Source: an uncultured delta proteobacterium (lineage in GTDB: Bacteria; Myxococcota; UBA727; VGSZ01). From it: DNA of 64,000 nt. Under the pieces are notes generated by a model. It did no database searches and was not told the origin of the DNA. It saw only the letters and a list, made by a program, of their open reading frames with translations. The DNA is taken from assembly GCA_963775425.1 (NCBI GenBank), contig CAVZJB010000013.1, positions 1 to 64,000 on the forward strand, written 5' to 3'. Position 1 is the stretch's first letter. Every line of letters starts with the position of its first letter. The position numbers and the translations under genes are program-made. Positions 9,982 to 19,284 of the stretch are shown here, in pieces.

Positions 9982-10659
9982 ATGCAGAAGCTCGTCGACG
10001 GAATCCACGCGTTCCAGTCGGGTGTCTTCGGACCCCAACGTGAGTTGTTCGAGCGGCTCGTCGAGCGGCAGGCGCCGGACGCGCTGTTCATCACCTGTAG
10101 CGACTCGCGCATCAACCCGAACCTCATCACGCAGACGGAGCCCGGCGAGCTGTTCATCCTCAGGAACGCGGGGAACATCGTGCCGCCCTGGGGCGCGTCG
10201 TCGTGCGGCGAGGTGGCGACCATCGAGTACGCGCTCGAGGCGCTGCAGATCCGGGACATCATCGTCTGCGGCCACACGCGCTGCGGCGCCGTCCAGGCGC
10301 TGCTCGAGCCCGCGCAGCTCGAGACCATGCCCGCGGTGAAGACCTGGCTCGGGCACGCCGAGGCCACGCGCAGGGTGCTGCGCGACAACTACCCCGACGC
10401 CACCGTCGACCCCGCCGCCGCGTGGGAGATCGGCGTCGAGGAGAACGTGCTCGTGCAGATCGAGAACATGCGCACCCACCCCTCGGTGATGGCGCGCCTG
10501 ATGAGTGGCCGCCTGAAGCTCCACGCGTGGGTCTACGACCTCGCCCACGGCACGGTGCACGCCTTCGACCCCGAGCAGGGCCAGTTCGTGCCCGTCGTCG
10601 AGGCCGGCCGCGGCGAGCCCGAGGCCGTGGACCACCTGCGCCAGCGCCGGGTGATCTGA
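9982..10659 (+). CDS. Beta-class carbonic anhydrase
   Basis: Zn ligands in CSDSR and GHTRCG; LFILRNAGN; VEENV; HAWVYD. Confidence 0.95.
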   Translation: MQKLVDGIHAFQSGVFGPQRELFERLVERQAPDALFITCSDSRINPNLITQTEPGELFILRNAGNIVPPWGASSCGEVATIEYALEALQIRDIIVCGHTRCGAVQALLEPAQLETMPAVKTWLGHAEATRRVLRDNYPDATVDPAAAWEIGVEENVLVQIENMRTHPSVMARLMSGRLKLHAWVYDLAHGTVHAFDPEQGQFVPVVEAGRGEPEAVDHLRQRRVI

Positions 10660-10660
10660 C

Positions 10661-12034
10661 TCAGAAGGTCGCGACGCCGCAGCCCTGGCCGACGTCGGCG
10701 CTGTGGTCGCCGTCGTGGACCATCACGTACAGGCGATAGGTGTGGCCGTGGACGAGCCCGAGGCGGCTCACGTCCCAGCGCACCTCGGCGCTGAAGCCCT
10801 CGTGGCCGATGCCGCTCGGGGCGACGTCGCCGGCGCCGAGGTCGTCGTTGTTTCGCGGCGGGTCGTCGTCGTTGTCGGTGCTCACCGAGCTCCCGTCGAC
10901 GCTGCGCGTGCCCGCCTTCCAGGTGCCGAACACGTCGTGGGGCGGGACCGGGGTGCCGCCGAATTGCCAGTCGTTGCAGCCGGCCTCGTGGCCCTCGGTG
11001 CACAGGAGCGGGTCGTCGGTGATGTCGGTGATGAACAGCGAGGGGAACACCGGGCGCCCGTCGGGGTCGGTGCCGGCCTGGTCGCCGGTGAGCGCGGTGG
11101 CGCCGACGTCGGGGTCGGCGGCGGCGCCGGCGACCTGCCCGGCGGGCATGGGCGTCACCGGGTAGTCCGTCTCGCTCGCCGGCGAGGCGACCGAGACGTG
11201 ACGGACGCCGAGCGTGAGCGCGTGCTCGTCGCCGTAGAACACGCGCACCTGCTGCGCGGCGCCGCTGCCGATGACGGTCATGGCCTGGAGCACGTCGCTC
11301 TCGTTGAAGTCGACGCTCGTGGCGGGGAACGCGCTGTCGTACGGGTAGGCCACCTCGCAGTCGGCGAAGAGGTCGCAACCGACGGGGAGCTCGGCGGTGT
11401 TGCAGTCGCCGTTGTCGTCGCCCTCGCCCTCGCCCTCGTTGGCGACGGGGGTGCCCGGGTCGAGGCCGGTGTTGTCGTCGTCGGCGCCGTCGGGGATGCC
11501 GTCGCCGTCGTCGTCGGGGTCGCTGATGTCGGGGACGCCGTCGCCGTCGGTGTCGGGCTGGCCGCTGCCGGGCGGCGCGCCGTCGTCGCAGGGCACGAAG
11601 CCGGACTCGACGGCGATGCAGTAGCCGTCGCAGTCGCTGGCCTCGTCCGCGGCGGGCGTGACGCCGTCGCAGGAGCCGACGCCGACGACGCCGTCGGGGA
11701 CGCCGTCGCCGTTGTCGTCGTCGTCGATGCCGTTGGGGATGCCGTCGCCGTCGATGTCGCCCTGGGCGCCGGTCTGATCCGCGGCGTCGCCGTAGGGGGT
11801 GGGGTCGTCGGCGTTGGCGATGCCGTCGCCGTCGACGTCGTCGTCTTCGCTGTTGGGGATGCCGTCGCCGTCGATGTCCTTGTCGACGCCGTCGCGCACG
11901 CCGTCGCCGTCGATGTCGCCGGGGGTGCCGGCGGCGGGGAGATCGACGGGGGGATCACAGCCGTCGCCGCATCCGCCGAGGAGCGCCGCCAGCCCGATCA
12001 CGGTGAAGCGCGCGATGCCTTTGTAGTTCCTCAC
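10661..12034 (-). CDS. Lipoprotein with thrombospondin type-3-like Ca-binding repeats and an uncharacterised C-terminal domain
   Basis: Lipobox LGGC; multiple DxDGDGIP(N/D) repeats; short EGEGEG. Confidence 0.8.
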   Translation of the reverse strand: MRNYKGIARFTVIGLAALLGGCGDGCDPPVDLPAAGTPGDIDGDGVRDGVDKDIDGDGIPNSEDDDVDGDGIANADDPTPYGDAADQTGAQGDIDGDGIPNGIDDDDNGDGVPDGVVGVGSCDGVTPAADEASDCDGYCIAVESGFVPCDDGAPPGSGQPDTDGDGVPDISDPDDDGDGIPDGADDDNTGLDPGTPVANEGEGEGDDNGDCNTAELPVGCDLFADCEVAYPYDSAFPATSVDFNESDVLQAMTVIGSGAAQQVRVFYGDEHALTLGVRHVSVASPASETDYPVTPMPAGQVAGAAADPDVGATALTGDQAGTDPDGRPVFPSLFITDITDDPLLCTEGHEAGCNDWQFGGTPVPPHDVFGTWKAGTRSVDGSSVSTDNDDDPPRNNDDLGAGDVAPSGIGHEGFSAEVRWDVSRLGLVHGHTYRLYVMVHDGDHSADVGQGCGVATF

Positions 12035-12159
12035 GGCGACCCCCTTCCGTCCGGCTCAGTGTGCGCGTCCGCCGGCGGGCCCCGCGTCGGGGGCATGACC
12101 GAGATCACATCACCCCGGCGCGGAGGGGGACGCCCCACCCAGCGAGCCGCCTCAGCGGT

Positions 12160-12372
12160 TCAGCCGCGCGGCGTGACGTCGTTGTCCGCTTCAGGCGCGA
12201 GCGGCACCGGCTCGGGCTCGGGCGCCCGGCGGAGCCGGCCGATGACGCGCTTGAGGCGGCGGCGGCCGACGCACGTCGGGCAGGGCACCTGGGCCTCGTC
12301 GCGCCGGTCCCACTCGACGAGGAGCTCCGTCACCTCGCCGCAGCGCGTGCAGCGGGAGTCGTGCAGCGGCAT
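12160..12372 (-). CDS. FmdB-like zinc-ribbon protein
   Basis: MPLHDSRCTRCG...CPTC; starts 3 bp after the fur-family stop. Confidence 0.75.
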   Translation of the reverse strand: MPLHDSRCTRCGEVTELLVEWDRRDEAQVPCPTCVGRRRLKRVIGRLRRAPEPEPVPLAPEADNDVTPRG

Positions 12373-12375
12373 CGG

Positions 12376-12819
12376 CTAGTGCCGTTTGCGCTGGCAGCTC
12401 TCGCACAAGCCGTAGAGCTCCATCTTGTGATGCGTGACGACGAAGCCGTGCTCGACGGCGACGCGGTCCTGGAGGTCCTCGATCTTCTCGTTGTGGAACT
12501 CCACGATCTTTCCGCACGAGGTGCAGATGAGGTGATCGTGGTGCTCGTGGTTGTCCTCGACGGGCTCGTAGCGGGTGTGGCCGTCGCCGAACTGCCGCGC
12601 CTCGGCGAGGCCGCATTTCTGCAGGAGCTTCATGGTCCGGTAGACCGTGGCCTGGCCGACCTTGGGATCGGTGTGGCGCACGCGCTCGAGGAGCTGGTCG
12701 ATGGACAGGTGGCCGCCGGCGGCGAAGAAGACCTCGGCGATGAGCTCCCGCTGCCGGCTGGTCTTCAAGCCGTGCTTGTTGATGTACGCCTTGAGGGTCT
12801 CACGCGCATCGGTGGCCAC
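12376..12819 (-). CDS. fur: Fur-family transcriptional regulator
   Basis: GLKTSRQR, HLS, ATVYRT, HHDHLICTSCG, YGLCESC; GTG 12819 preferred over TTG 12834. Confidence 0.9.
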   Translation of the reverse strand: MATDARETLKAYINKHGLKTSRQRELIAEVFFAAGGHLSIDQLLERVRHTDPKVGQATVYRTMKLLQKCGLAEARQFGDGHTRYEPVEDNHEHHDHLICTSCGKIVEFHNEKIEDLQDRVAVEHGFVVTHHKMELYGLCESCQRKRH

Positions 12820-12881
12820 GAAGGGGAGTATCAACCGAACCGCGGTCTGGGCGAAACGGCCCGTGGCCGCCGGGCCCGCCG

Positions 12882-14132
12882 CTAGTCGTTCGGGGAGGAG
12901 ATCAGGGCGTCGACGATGCCGTAGCCCCAGACCGCGACCGTGACGCCGCCGGCGACGGCCGTGGCGACGTCGAGGGCCTCGTAGGTGTGGCGGGTATCGA
13001 GGGCCTCCTGGCCGGCTTGCGTCGGCGAGGTCTTGGCGACGCCCGCGAAGTACGAGGTGTCCGCGTAGTGCGCGCGGAACAGGACGTCGCTCACGCCGAT
13101 GGCGGCGGTGGTGCCGAGCGCGCCGTAGCCGGCGATGCCGAACGCGAGCGCCTTCACGCCCTGCCCGTTGTAGGCCTGGCCCCAGCCGGGGGCCACCACC
13201 GAGCGCAGCGCGGCCTCGAGCGGCGTGCGCGTCTCCACGTCGGCCATGGCCACGACGTCGTTGCGCGGCAGCGAGCCCGAGGCGGCGCCGAGGATGTTGC
13301 CGCTCTCGGTGGACACGACGCGCACGTTCACCAGGAACGTGGTCCCCGCGTCCTTCACCGAGCCCACCACGAGGCTCTGCGCGCCGAGCACCTTGCCGGC
13401 CTGCGGCGCGTTCTTCTCGTCGAGCACCTGACCGAGCGCGAGCTGGTTGAGCGCCGCCGAGAGCTGTTGGCGCTCCACCACGAGGAAGCCGCGTCGCTTC
13501 AGCGCGCGCAGCAGCTCGTTTTGCACGAACTTGTCGAGGCGGCTCTGCTTGGCCGCGCCCTCGGCCGACAGCGGCGACACCGCGATGCGGTGCAGGTGCA
13601 CGTCGTCACCGCTGGCCTCCACGGCGAACGCGATCTGATCGACGAGCGTGCCGGTGACGCTCCGGACGTCGGCGGCGCGGGCGCTGGTCTTCTTGCCGAC
13701 GCCGAGATCGGCGGACTCCTCGCCGAGCACCTCGCCGGTCTCGGTGTACAGGAGCTTGAGGTGGAGGACGGCGGTGCCGCCCTCCTCGACGACGCTGCCG
13801 AGGAGCACGTGATCGCACGCGAACGGCTTGAGCGCCTCCGCCGGCAGGTCATGCATCTGCGCCTCGCCCTGCGCCTTCAAGCGCGCGCGCAGGAAGGCGG
13901 GCGTGACGGGCTCCTCGCGGCCGCGATCGAGGATGGCGCGCACGATGGCGAGCTCCACCGCCTTCTCGCGTCCGGGGTCGCTGTCGTCGACGGGAGGGAC
14001 GGCCACGCGCGCAGCGTTCTTGCCGTGAGCCAGCACGGTCTCCACCGCCTCCACCACCGCGCCCTCGTCGATCTGGACCGGGGCGGGTGCAGGGGCGGCG
14101 GCGGCGGCGAGGGACAGGACGAGCGTCAGCAT
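12882..14132 (-). CDS. Secreted protein with tandem FlgO/CsgG-like domains and a DUF5683-like membrane C-terminus
   Basis: Signal peptide; FLVVERQQL...AGKVLGAQSLVVGSV...VRVVSTESG; AALRSVVAPGWGQAYNG. Confidence 0.7.
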   Translation of the reverse strand: MLTLVLSLAAAAAPAPAPVQIDEGAVVEAVETVLAHGKNAARVAVPPVDDSDPGREKAVELAIVRAILDRGREEPVTPAFLRARLKAQGEAQMHDLPAEALKPFACDHVLLGSVVEEGGTAVLHLKLLYTETGEVLGEESADLGVGKKTSARAADVRSVTGTLVDQIAFAVEASGDDVHLHRIAVSPLSAEGAAKQSRLDKFVQNELLRALKRRGFLVVERQQLSAALNQLALGQVLDEKNAPQAGKVLGAQSLVVGSVKDAGTTFLVNVRVVSTESGNILGAASGSLPRNDVVAMADVETRTPLEAALRSVVAPGWGQAYNGQGVKALAFGIAGYGALGTTAAIGVSDVLFRAHYADTSYFAGVAKTSPTQAGQEALDTRHTYEALDVATAVAGGVTVAVWGYGIVDALISSPND

Positions 14133-14197
14133 AGGGCGGGACCATACAGAGACAGCCCGGCGCCCGTCGAGACGGCTTGTTGTAGCGTGGGCCCGTC

Positions 14198-14848
14198 ATG
14201 CGGCTCGCTCGACCGATCACGCTGACCGCGGCGCTCGTCGCCGGCCTCGCGCTGGCGGGGTGCGCCACCGCCGGCGCCGCGGCCCCGCAGGGGCGGGCCG
14301 GCGCCCGCCTGCCCGCGCACCTGCCCGCGCCGCGCACGAGCGGCGAGGCGCAGGCGTACCTCGCCGGGTCCCTCGCCGCGATGCGCGCGGGGAAGCCCGA
14401 GCACGCCGCGCTCTTCCTCGACGCCATGCTGCACTCGGACCACCTCACCGATCGCGGCCGGGCCAACGTCTACTGGTTCGCCGCCGAGGCCCACCGCCAG
14501 GCCGGCCAGGAGGACGCCCTCGTCGATGCCCTGGGCGGCTTCCTCGTCGCCGTCGAGGTCGTGCCCGCCGACGACGAGATGCTGCGCCGCGCCGTTGACG
14601 CCCGCGCGATGCTGCTCGCGCGCAAGCTCAAGACGCACCCCCTGCTCGGAAAGTCTCCCGGCGCCGCCATCCCCGTCGAAGACGCGCGCGACCCGTCCGG
14701 CCTCGTGGCGGAGCTCGGCTGCGTCGAGGACGCCGTGTCCACCGTGCCCGGCGCCGGCGGCCGGCGCCTCGAGGAGCGCCGCGTGATCTGCAACGACACC
14801 GGCGAGTCGCTCGTGCTCTTCTTCGACGTCACGCACGCGGGGCGGTGA
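14198..14848 (+). CDS. Hypothetical lipoprotein
   Basis: Lipobox LAGC; helical core; GTGA coupling to the next gene. Confidence 0.7.
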   Translation: MRLARPITLTAALVAGLALAGCATAGAAAPQGRAGARLPAHLPAPRTSGEAQAYLAGSLAAMRAGKPEHAALFLDAMLHSDHLTDRGRANVYWFAAEAHRQAGQEDALVDALGGFLVAVEVVPADDEMLRRAVDARAMLLARKLKTHPLLGKSPGAAIPVEDARDPSGLVAELGCVEDAVSTVPGAGGRRLEERRVICNDTGESLVLFFDVTHAGR

Positions 14849-15213
14849 TCGTGCCTCGCCGCTGGTTGCGCGCCACGCTCGTCGTCGCGGTCCTCGCGCT
14901 CAGCGGGTGCACGGAGACCCCCGCGCAGGGCTTCGAGGCGTTCTTCTCCGCGCTCGCCGACCAGAGCCCCGAGGCGTTCGCCCGCCTGTCCACGCGGGCG
15001 CAGGCCGACGTCTCCACCGCCGCGCGGAACAAAGGGCTCGAGCCGACGCGTTTCTTGACGAGCGCGGTGCCGCGCTCGACGGTGCGCTCGGTCACCGTCG
15101 TCGAGGACCACGGCGACAGCGCCGTCGTCGAGGTGAAGGACGCCCTCGGAAACACCCAGCGCGTCCCCATGGTGAAGGAGGAGGGCCGGTGGCGGGTGGA
15201 TCTTTCGCTCTAG
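14845..15213 (+). CDS. Small NTF2-like/DUF4878-type lipoprotein
   Basis: Lipobox LSGC; GDSAVVEV...MVKEEGRWRVD. Confidence 0.7.
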   Translation: MIVPRRWLRATLVVAVLALSGCTETPAQGFEAFFSALADQSPEAFARLSTRAQADVSTAARNKGLEPTRFLTSAVPRSTVRSVTVVEDHGDSAVVEVKDALGNTQRVPMVKEEGRWRVDLSL

Positions 15214-16109
15214 CGGCGCTCCTCGCGTCCGCGGGCTTCACGGCGCCGACGGAGGCCGACGTCGCGGCGCGCGTGTCGGCGCCGCGGGAGTCGTTGGCGG
15301 CGCGCATCGTCGACGTCACCGAGCCGTTCCTCGGCGCGCCCTACAAGCTGAGCGCGCTCGGCGAGGGCCCGGGGCACAAGCCCGACGAAGACCCGCGCAT
15401 GCGCTTCGACGCCTTCGACTGCACCACCTTCGTCGAGACGGCCATGGCGCTGTCGCTCGCGAACAACCTCGACGAAGCGCGCAGGCTCCTCGACGTCATC
15501 CGCTACAAGGACGGCAAGCCCTCGTTCCTCGCGCGCCGCCACTTCCCCGCGGCCGAGTGGATCCCCGAGCTGAAGGCGCTCGGCTTCTTGAAGGACATCA
15601 CGCGCGACGTGGGTGGCGCGGACGTCGTGGTCGAGAAGAAGCACCTCGACGTCGACGTCTGGCACCGCAACATGAACGAGCACACGCCGGAGCTGCCGGA
15701 CGCGCGCATCCCCTCGGGGACGTTCGCGCTCGACACATGGCCGCTCGCGAAGGCCGCGGCGGGCGCGGACAAGATCCCCTCGGGGACCATCCTGCACCTC
15801 GTGCGCGTCGACTTCCGTCGCTATCCCGTGCGCGTGAGCCACCAGGGCATCGTCATCGTGAAGGACGGGAAGCACTACCTGCGCCACGCCGCCGACCGCT
15901 ACTACCACCACGTCGTCGACGAGCCCCTCGACCACTTCTTCCACCGCATGGAGCAGTACACGAAGTGGCCCGTGGCGGGCGTGCACCTCACGCTCTTTCA
16001 AGAGCCCAGGGACTGGCGCGCGCTGCTCGCGTCGGTCACACCCGGCACCGCGCGATCACGCCCCGCATCGACTGCGTCTTCACGTCGGGCGGAAGCGGCA
16101 CCTCGCTGA
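15189..16109 (+). CDS. DUF1460 (NlpC/P60-like) N-acetylmuramoyl-L-alanine amidase-like protein
   Basis: FLGAPY, FDCTTFVET (catalytic Cys), IRYKDG, RRHF, VSHQG, LRHA; GTG 15189 after AAGGAGG. Confidence 0.85.
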   Translation: MAGGSFALAALLASAGFTAPTEADVAARVSAPRESLAARIVDVTEPFLGAPYKLSALGEGPGHKPDEDPRMRFDAFDCTTFVETAMALSLANNLDEARRLLDVIRYKDGKPSFLARRHFPAAEWIPELKALGFLKDITRDVGGADVVVEKKHLDVDVWHRNMNEHTPELPDARIPSGTFALDTWPLAKAAAGADKIPSGTILHLVRVDFRRYPVRVSHQGIVIVKDGKHYLRHAADRYYHHVVDEPLDHFFHRMEQYTKWPVAGVHLTLFQEPRDWRALLASVTPGTARSRPASTASSRRAEAAPR

Positions 16110-16896
16110 CGTCGTCGAGGACGCGGCCGGCGGCGGCGGCCGCGGCGCGGGCGACGGCGGCGACGTCGTCGACGGAGAGCGCGCGATCGTTGCACGACAG
16201 CACGAGGGCGCCGCCGGGGAGGAGCGCGCGGAGGCAGTCGGCGGCGAGCCCCTCGAGGTCCCGCTCGACGTGAAAGCGGGCGCCGCCCGGGCGCAGCGCG
16301 GTGGTGGGCGGGTCGCAGACCACGACGCCGTACGCCGGGCCCTTGCGCGCCATCTTTCTGGCAACGGCGAGGGCGTCGTCGACGAGGAAGCGGTGCTTCT
16401 TGGGGTCCTCGCCGTTGAGCGCGAGGTTGAGGGCGGCCCAGGGGGCGCACTTCTTCGCGGCGTCGACGTGGTCGACGCGGGCGGCGCCGCCGACGACGGC
16501 GGCGGCGCCGAACGCGCCGGCGTGGGCGAACAGGTTCAACACGGCGCGGCCGCGCGCGTTGGCCTTGACGAAGGCGCGGCCCTCGCGGTGGTCGACGAAG
16601 ACGCCGGCGCCGGCGGCGTCCTCGTCGGCGCAGCGGACGAGCAGGCGCACGCCGTCTTCGTGCACGACGTGGGCGGCGGGCGGGTCGCCGCGGAGGACGC
16701 GAAGCTCGGTCTTTCCCCCGGCGGGGCGCAGGAACGCGACGGCGTGGGCGAGGTCGGGGGCGTGGGCGCGGACGAGCTCGTCGAGGCCGCCGGGCCATCG
16801 CCGGGCCCAGACCTCGACGCGCGCGACGGGGCCGTAGACGTCGACGACGACGTCGCCGCCGTCGAAGGCGCGGTACACGTCGGTGCCTGCGTTCAC
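16036..16896 (-). CDS. RlmI/RlmK-like class I SAM-dependent methyltransferase
   Basis: GVFVDHREGR, VLNLFAHAGAF, VVCDPPT, LSCN; GTG 16896 overlaps the upstream TGA. Confidence 0.85.
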   Translation of the reverse strand: MNAGTDVYRAFDGGDVVVDVYGPVARVEVWARRWPGGLDELVRAHAPDLAHAVAFLRPAGGKTELRVLRGDPPAAHVVHEDGVRLLVRCADEDAAGAGVFVDHREGRAFVKANARGRAVLNLFAHAGAFGAAAVVGGAARVDHVDAAKKCAPWAALNLALNGEDPKKHRFLVDDALAVARKMARKGPAYGVVVCDPPTTALRPGGARFHVERDLEGLAADCLRALLPGGALVLSCNDRALSVDDVAAVARAAAAAAGRVLDDVSEVPLPPDVKTQSMRGVIARCRV

Positions 16897-17354
16897 GACG
16901 CGAGCGCCTCGAGCGCGCGCGCGAGCGCCGCGGGCGGGATGCCGGCGTCGAGGAGGCTCACCGCCCAGGCGGCGCCGTCGTCGGCCGAGCCGAAGACGCG
17001 CTGCGGGAACGCGCCCCGCGACAAGAGCTGGACGCCCGAGGTCACGGCGCGCACGGCGGCGGCGACGAAGCCGCGCTCGGAGATGACGGTGGCGAGGCCG
17101 AGCTGCTTGCCGGCGAACGAGTCCTGCACGCGCGCCATTTCGCGTCGCAGGTCGTCGGACAGCGAGGTCAAGGAGCGCACGCGCACGAGGTTGATGGCGA
17201 CGAAGCGCGGCAGCGGCTCCGCCCACGCGCTGATGCAGTCGTGCATGTGGCGGAAGCTGTCGACGGGCGGCAGGCCGCGCCAGTACCCGAGGCAATACGG
17301 GCCGAGCGCCGCCACGGTCATGATGTCGTCCTCGACGAGCACCTCCGGCTTCAC
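16893..17354 (-). CDS. Hypothetical protein, STAS/SpoIIAA-like myxobacterial type
   Basis: ATVISERGFVAAAVRAV...RVFGSADDGAAW; GTG 17354 preferred. Confidence 0.6.
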   Translation of the reverse strand: MKPEVLVEDDIMTVAALGPYCLGYWRGLPPVDSFRHMHDCISAWAEPLPRFVAINLVRVRSLTSLSDDLRREMARVQDSFAGKQLGLATVISERGFVAAAVRAVTSGVQLLSRGAFPQRVFGSADDGAAWAVSLLDAGIPPAALARALEALAS

Positions 17355-17495
17355 CCGCCGATGGTCGCGCCCGCGCCGCGGCGCCGTCAACGCGCGCGCT
17401 CGCAGGGGCGGGTGCGATCGGGGTCACCCCGCGCGCGGGCTCACGTCGCGCGGGGCGGCGTCGATCCGGGGCCGACGCCGGCGCGTATGGTGCGC

Positions 17496-18185
17496 ATGAA
17501 CCCCGCCGCCCTCGACGACATCACGCTCCGGCCCGGCTCGGTGAACAGCGCGCCTCCGCTGTCGGCGCTGGAGGCGGCGCCGCGGCCGATGGCGTGGAGC
17601 CGCTGCCGGGTGGTGGACGGCGTGGTGGTGCTCCCCGGCGGGTTCGCCTGCGCCTGCCCGGAGCCGGGGCGGGTGGTGACGGTGCCGATGGATCGGGGCT
17701 GGCTCGTGCACGTCGAGTGCGCGCCCGGCGAGCCGGAGCAGGCGCTGATCGCCGTCGACGCCCCCGGCGACGTCCAGGCGCCTGTCGACGACGCCGGGCT
17801 GCGGGACCTGGCCGCCCGCAGCCGCGAGCGCGCCACCGGCGACGACGTCGTCGACCGCCGGCAGCCGTGTACGAAGAGGCTGCAGCGCGCGTGGGCGTAC
17901 CGGCGGGCCTTCGAGCGGCTCGCCGAGCGCTGCCCGGTCGAAGGCGGCCCCCTGGTGCCGGTGCGCTGGGTGACGCTGAGCTACGAAGGCCAGGTGCACG
18001 TCGCGGGCGTCGGCACGCTCGACGTCGACGGCGGCCCCGGCCGCTACGCCACCGCCGACGGCCGCACGGTGTCGGTCCGGCGCGTCGACGCTGGCGACGG
18101 CTGGGCGCCCGGCGGCGCCGTGGAGGTGGTCATCGGGCCCGCGCGCATCCGCGTCAAAAGTTCCGCGCGCTGCGTCCCGCTGTAG
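17496..18185 (+). CDS. Hypothetical protein
   Basis: GC3-biased frame from ATG 17496; no recognisable motif. Confidence 0.55.
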   Translation: MNPAALDDITLRPGSVNSAPPLSALEAAPRPMAWSRCRVVDGVVVLPGGFACACPEPGRVVTVPMDRGWLVHVECAPGEPEQALIAVDAPGDVQAPVDDAGLRDLAARSRERATGDDVVDRRQPCTKRLQRAWAYRRAFERLAERCPVEGGPLVPVRWVTLSYEGQVHVAGVGTLDVDGGPGRYATADGRTVSVRRVDAGDGWAPGGAVEVVIGPARIRVKSSARCVPL

Positions 18186-18195
18186 ACTCGCTGCC

Positions 18196-19275
18196 ATGAG
18201 CGACACCCCCGAGACGCTGTGGAGCCGCGCGCACGAGCACGTCCGCCGCGGCGACTTCGCCTCCGCCGTGCGCGACCTCGCGCAGTGCTTCCAGCTCCTG
18301 CAGGCCGCCGGCGACCCGCGCGTGTACGAGGTGCACAAGCGCTGGACCGAGGTCCACCGCATGTACATGGAGGACGGGCGGCGCGCGCCGGCCGTCCAGT
18401 CCCAGCCCCCGACCAAGGAGGCCGAAGCCGAGGCCGCCGCCAACGCCGGCGACCTCGACAAGGCCATCGGGCTGTATCGCGAGGCCGCCGCGCAGAACCC
18501 GGGCAACGAGCTCATCCGCGAGCGCCTCCAGGAGCTCACCCAGGCGAAGGCGCGCGCCGACGACCTCCGCCGCGGCACCGCCCCGCCGCAGCCCGCGACC
18601 GCGGCACCGAGGGCGACGACGACCGCACCGACGACGGCGGCGGCACCGACGACGGCGGCGCCGACCAGGACGGTGGCACCGACGACGACGGCGGCACCCA
18701 CGACGGCCGCGCCGAGGACGACGGCGGCGCCGACGACGACGGCGGCACCGACGACGACGGCCGCACCGACGACGCCGGCCGCACCGACGACGACGCCGGC
18801 ACCGACGAGGACGGCGGCACCGATGACGACGGCGGCACCGACGACGCCGGCCGCACCGATGACGACGGCCGCACCGACGACGCCGGCCGCACCGACGACG
18901 CCGGCGGCACCGACGACGACGGCCGCGAGCGCGCGCCCGCCGCCGCTTCCTTCGCGGCGCACGCCGATGGCGATGCCCGGCGTCGGCCGCGCCCCCGCGA
19001 CCGCGACGGCGACACCCGCGACGGCGACGCCCCCTGCGAAGCCGGCGCCGGGGATCGCGCCGACGATGGCGGTCGATGACGCGCCCATCGGGATGCAATC
19101 GCTGGACGTGCCGTTCTCCGTCGGCGACGTCATCCATGCGTCGCAGGCGAACGAGGTGCCCGTCACGGGCGCGACGTCGACACCCCCGGGCCCGGCGAAC
19201 GTCGACGCGGACGTCGCGTTCCTCGAGGAGCTGCTCGCGCGCGTGCAGGCCAACCGTCCCCGGCCGTCCCCCTAG
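18196..19275 (+). CDS. TPR-like protein with a long Thr/Ala/Pro linker
   Basis: N-terminal helical repeats, APTT(T/P)A array, C-terminal helix FLEELLARVQ. Confidence 0.75.
   Translation: MSDTPETLWSRAHEHVRRGDFASAVRDLAQCFQLLQAAGDPRVYEVHKRWTEVHRMYMEDGRRAPAVQSQPPTKEAEAEAAANAGDLDKAIGLYREAAAQNPGNELIRERLQELTQAKARADDLRRGTAPPQPATAAPRATTTAPTTAAAPTTAAPTRTVAPTTTAAPTTAAPRTTAAPTTTAAPTTTAAPTTPAAPTTTPAPTRTAAPMTTAAPTTPAAPMTTAAPTTPAAPTTPAAPTTTAASARPPPLPSRRTPMAMPGVGRAPATATATPATATPPAKPAPGIAPTMAVDDAPIGMQSLDVPFSVGDVIHASQANEVPVTGATSTPPGPANVDADVAFLEELLARVQANRPRPSP
18601..18925 (+). repeat. 15/18-bp coding tandem repeat (APTTTA/APTTPA)
   Basis: GCACCGACGACG(A/C)CGGC(G/C) repeated with variation. Confidence 0.9.
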
Positions 19276-19284
19276 CGGGGACGA

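Noticed and set aside
18601-18925. Possible non-coding repeat array
   Set aside because: In-frame 15/18-bp units encoding a Thr/Ala/Pro linker within a CDS.
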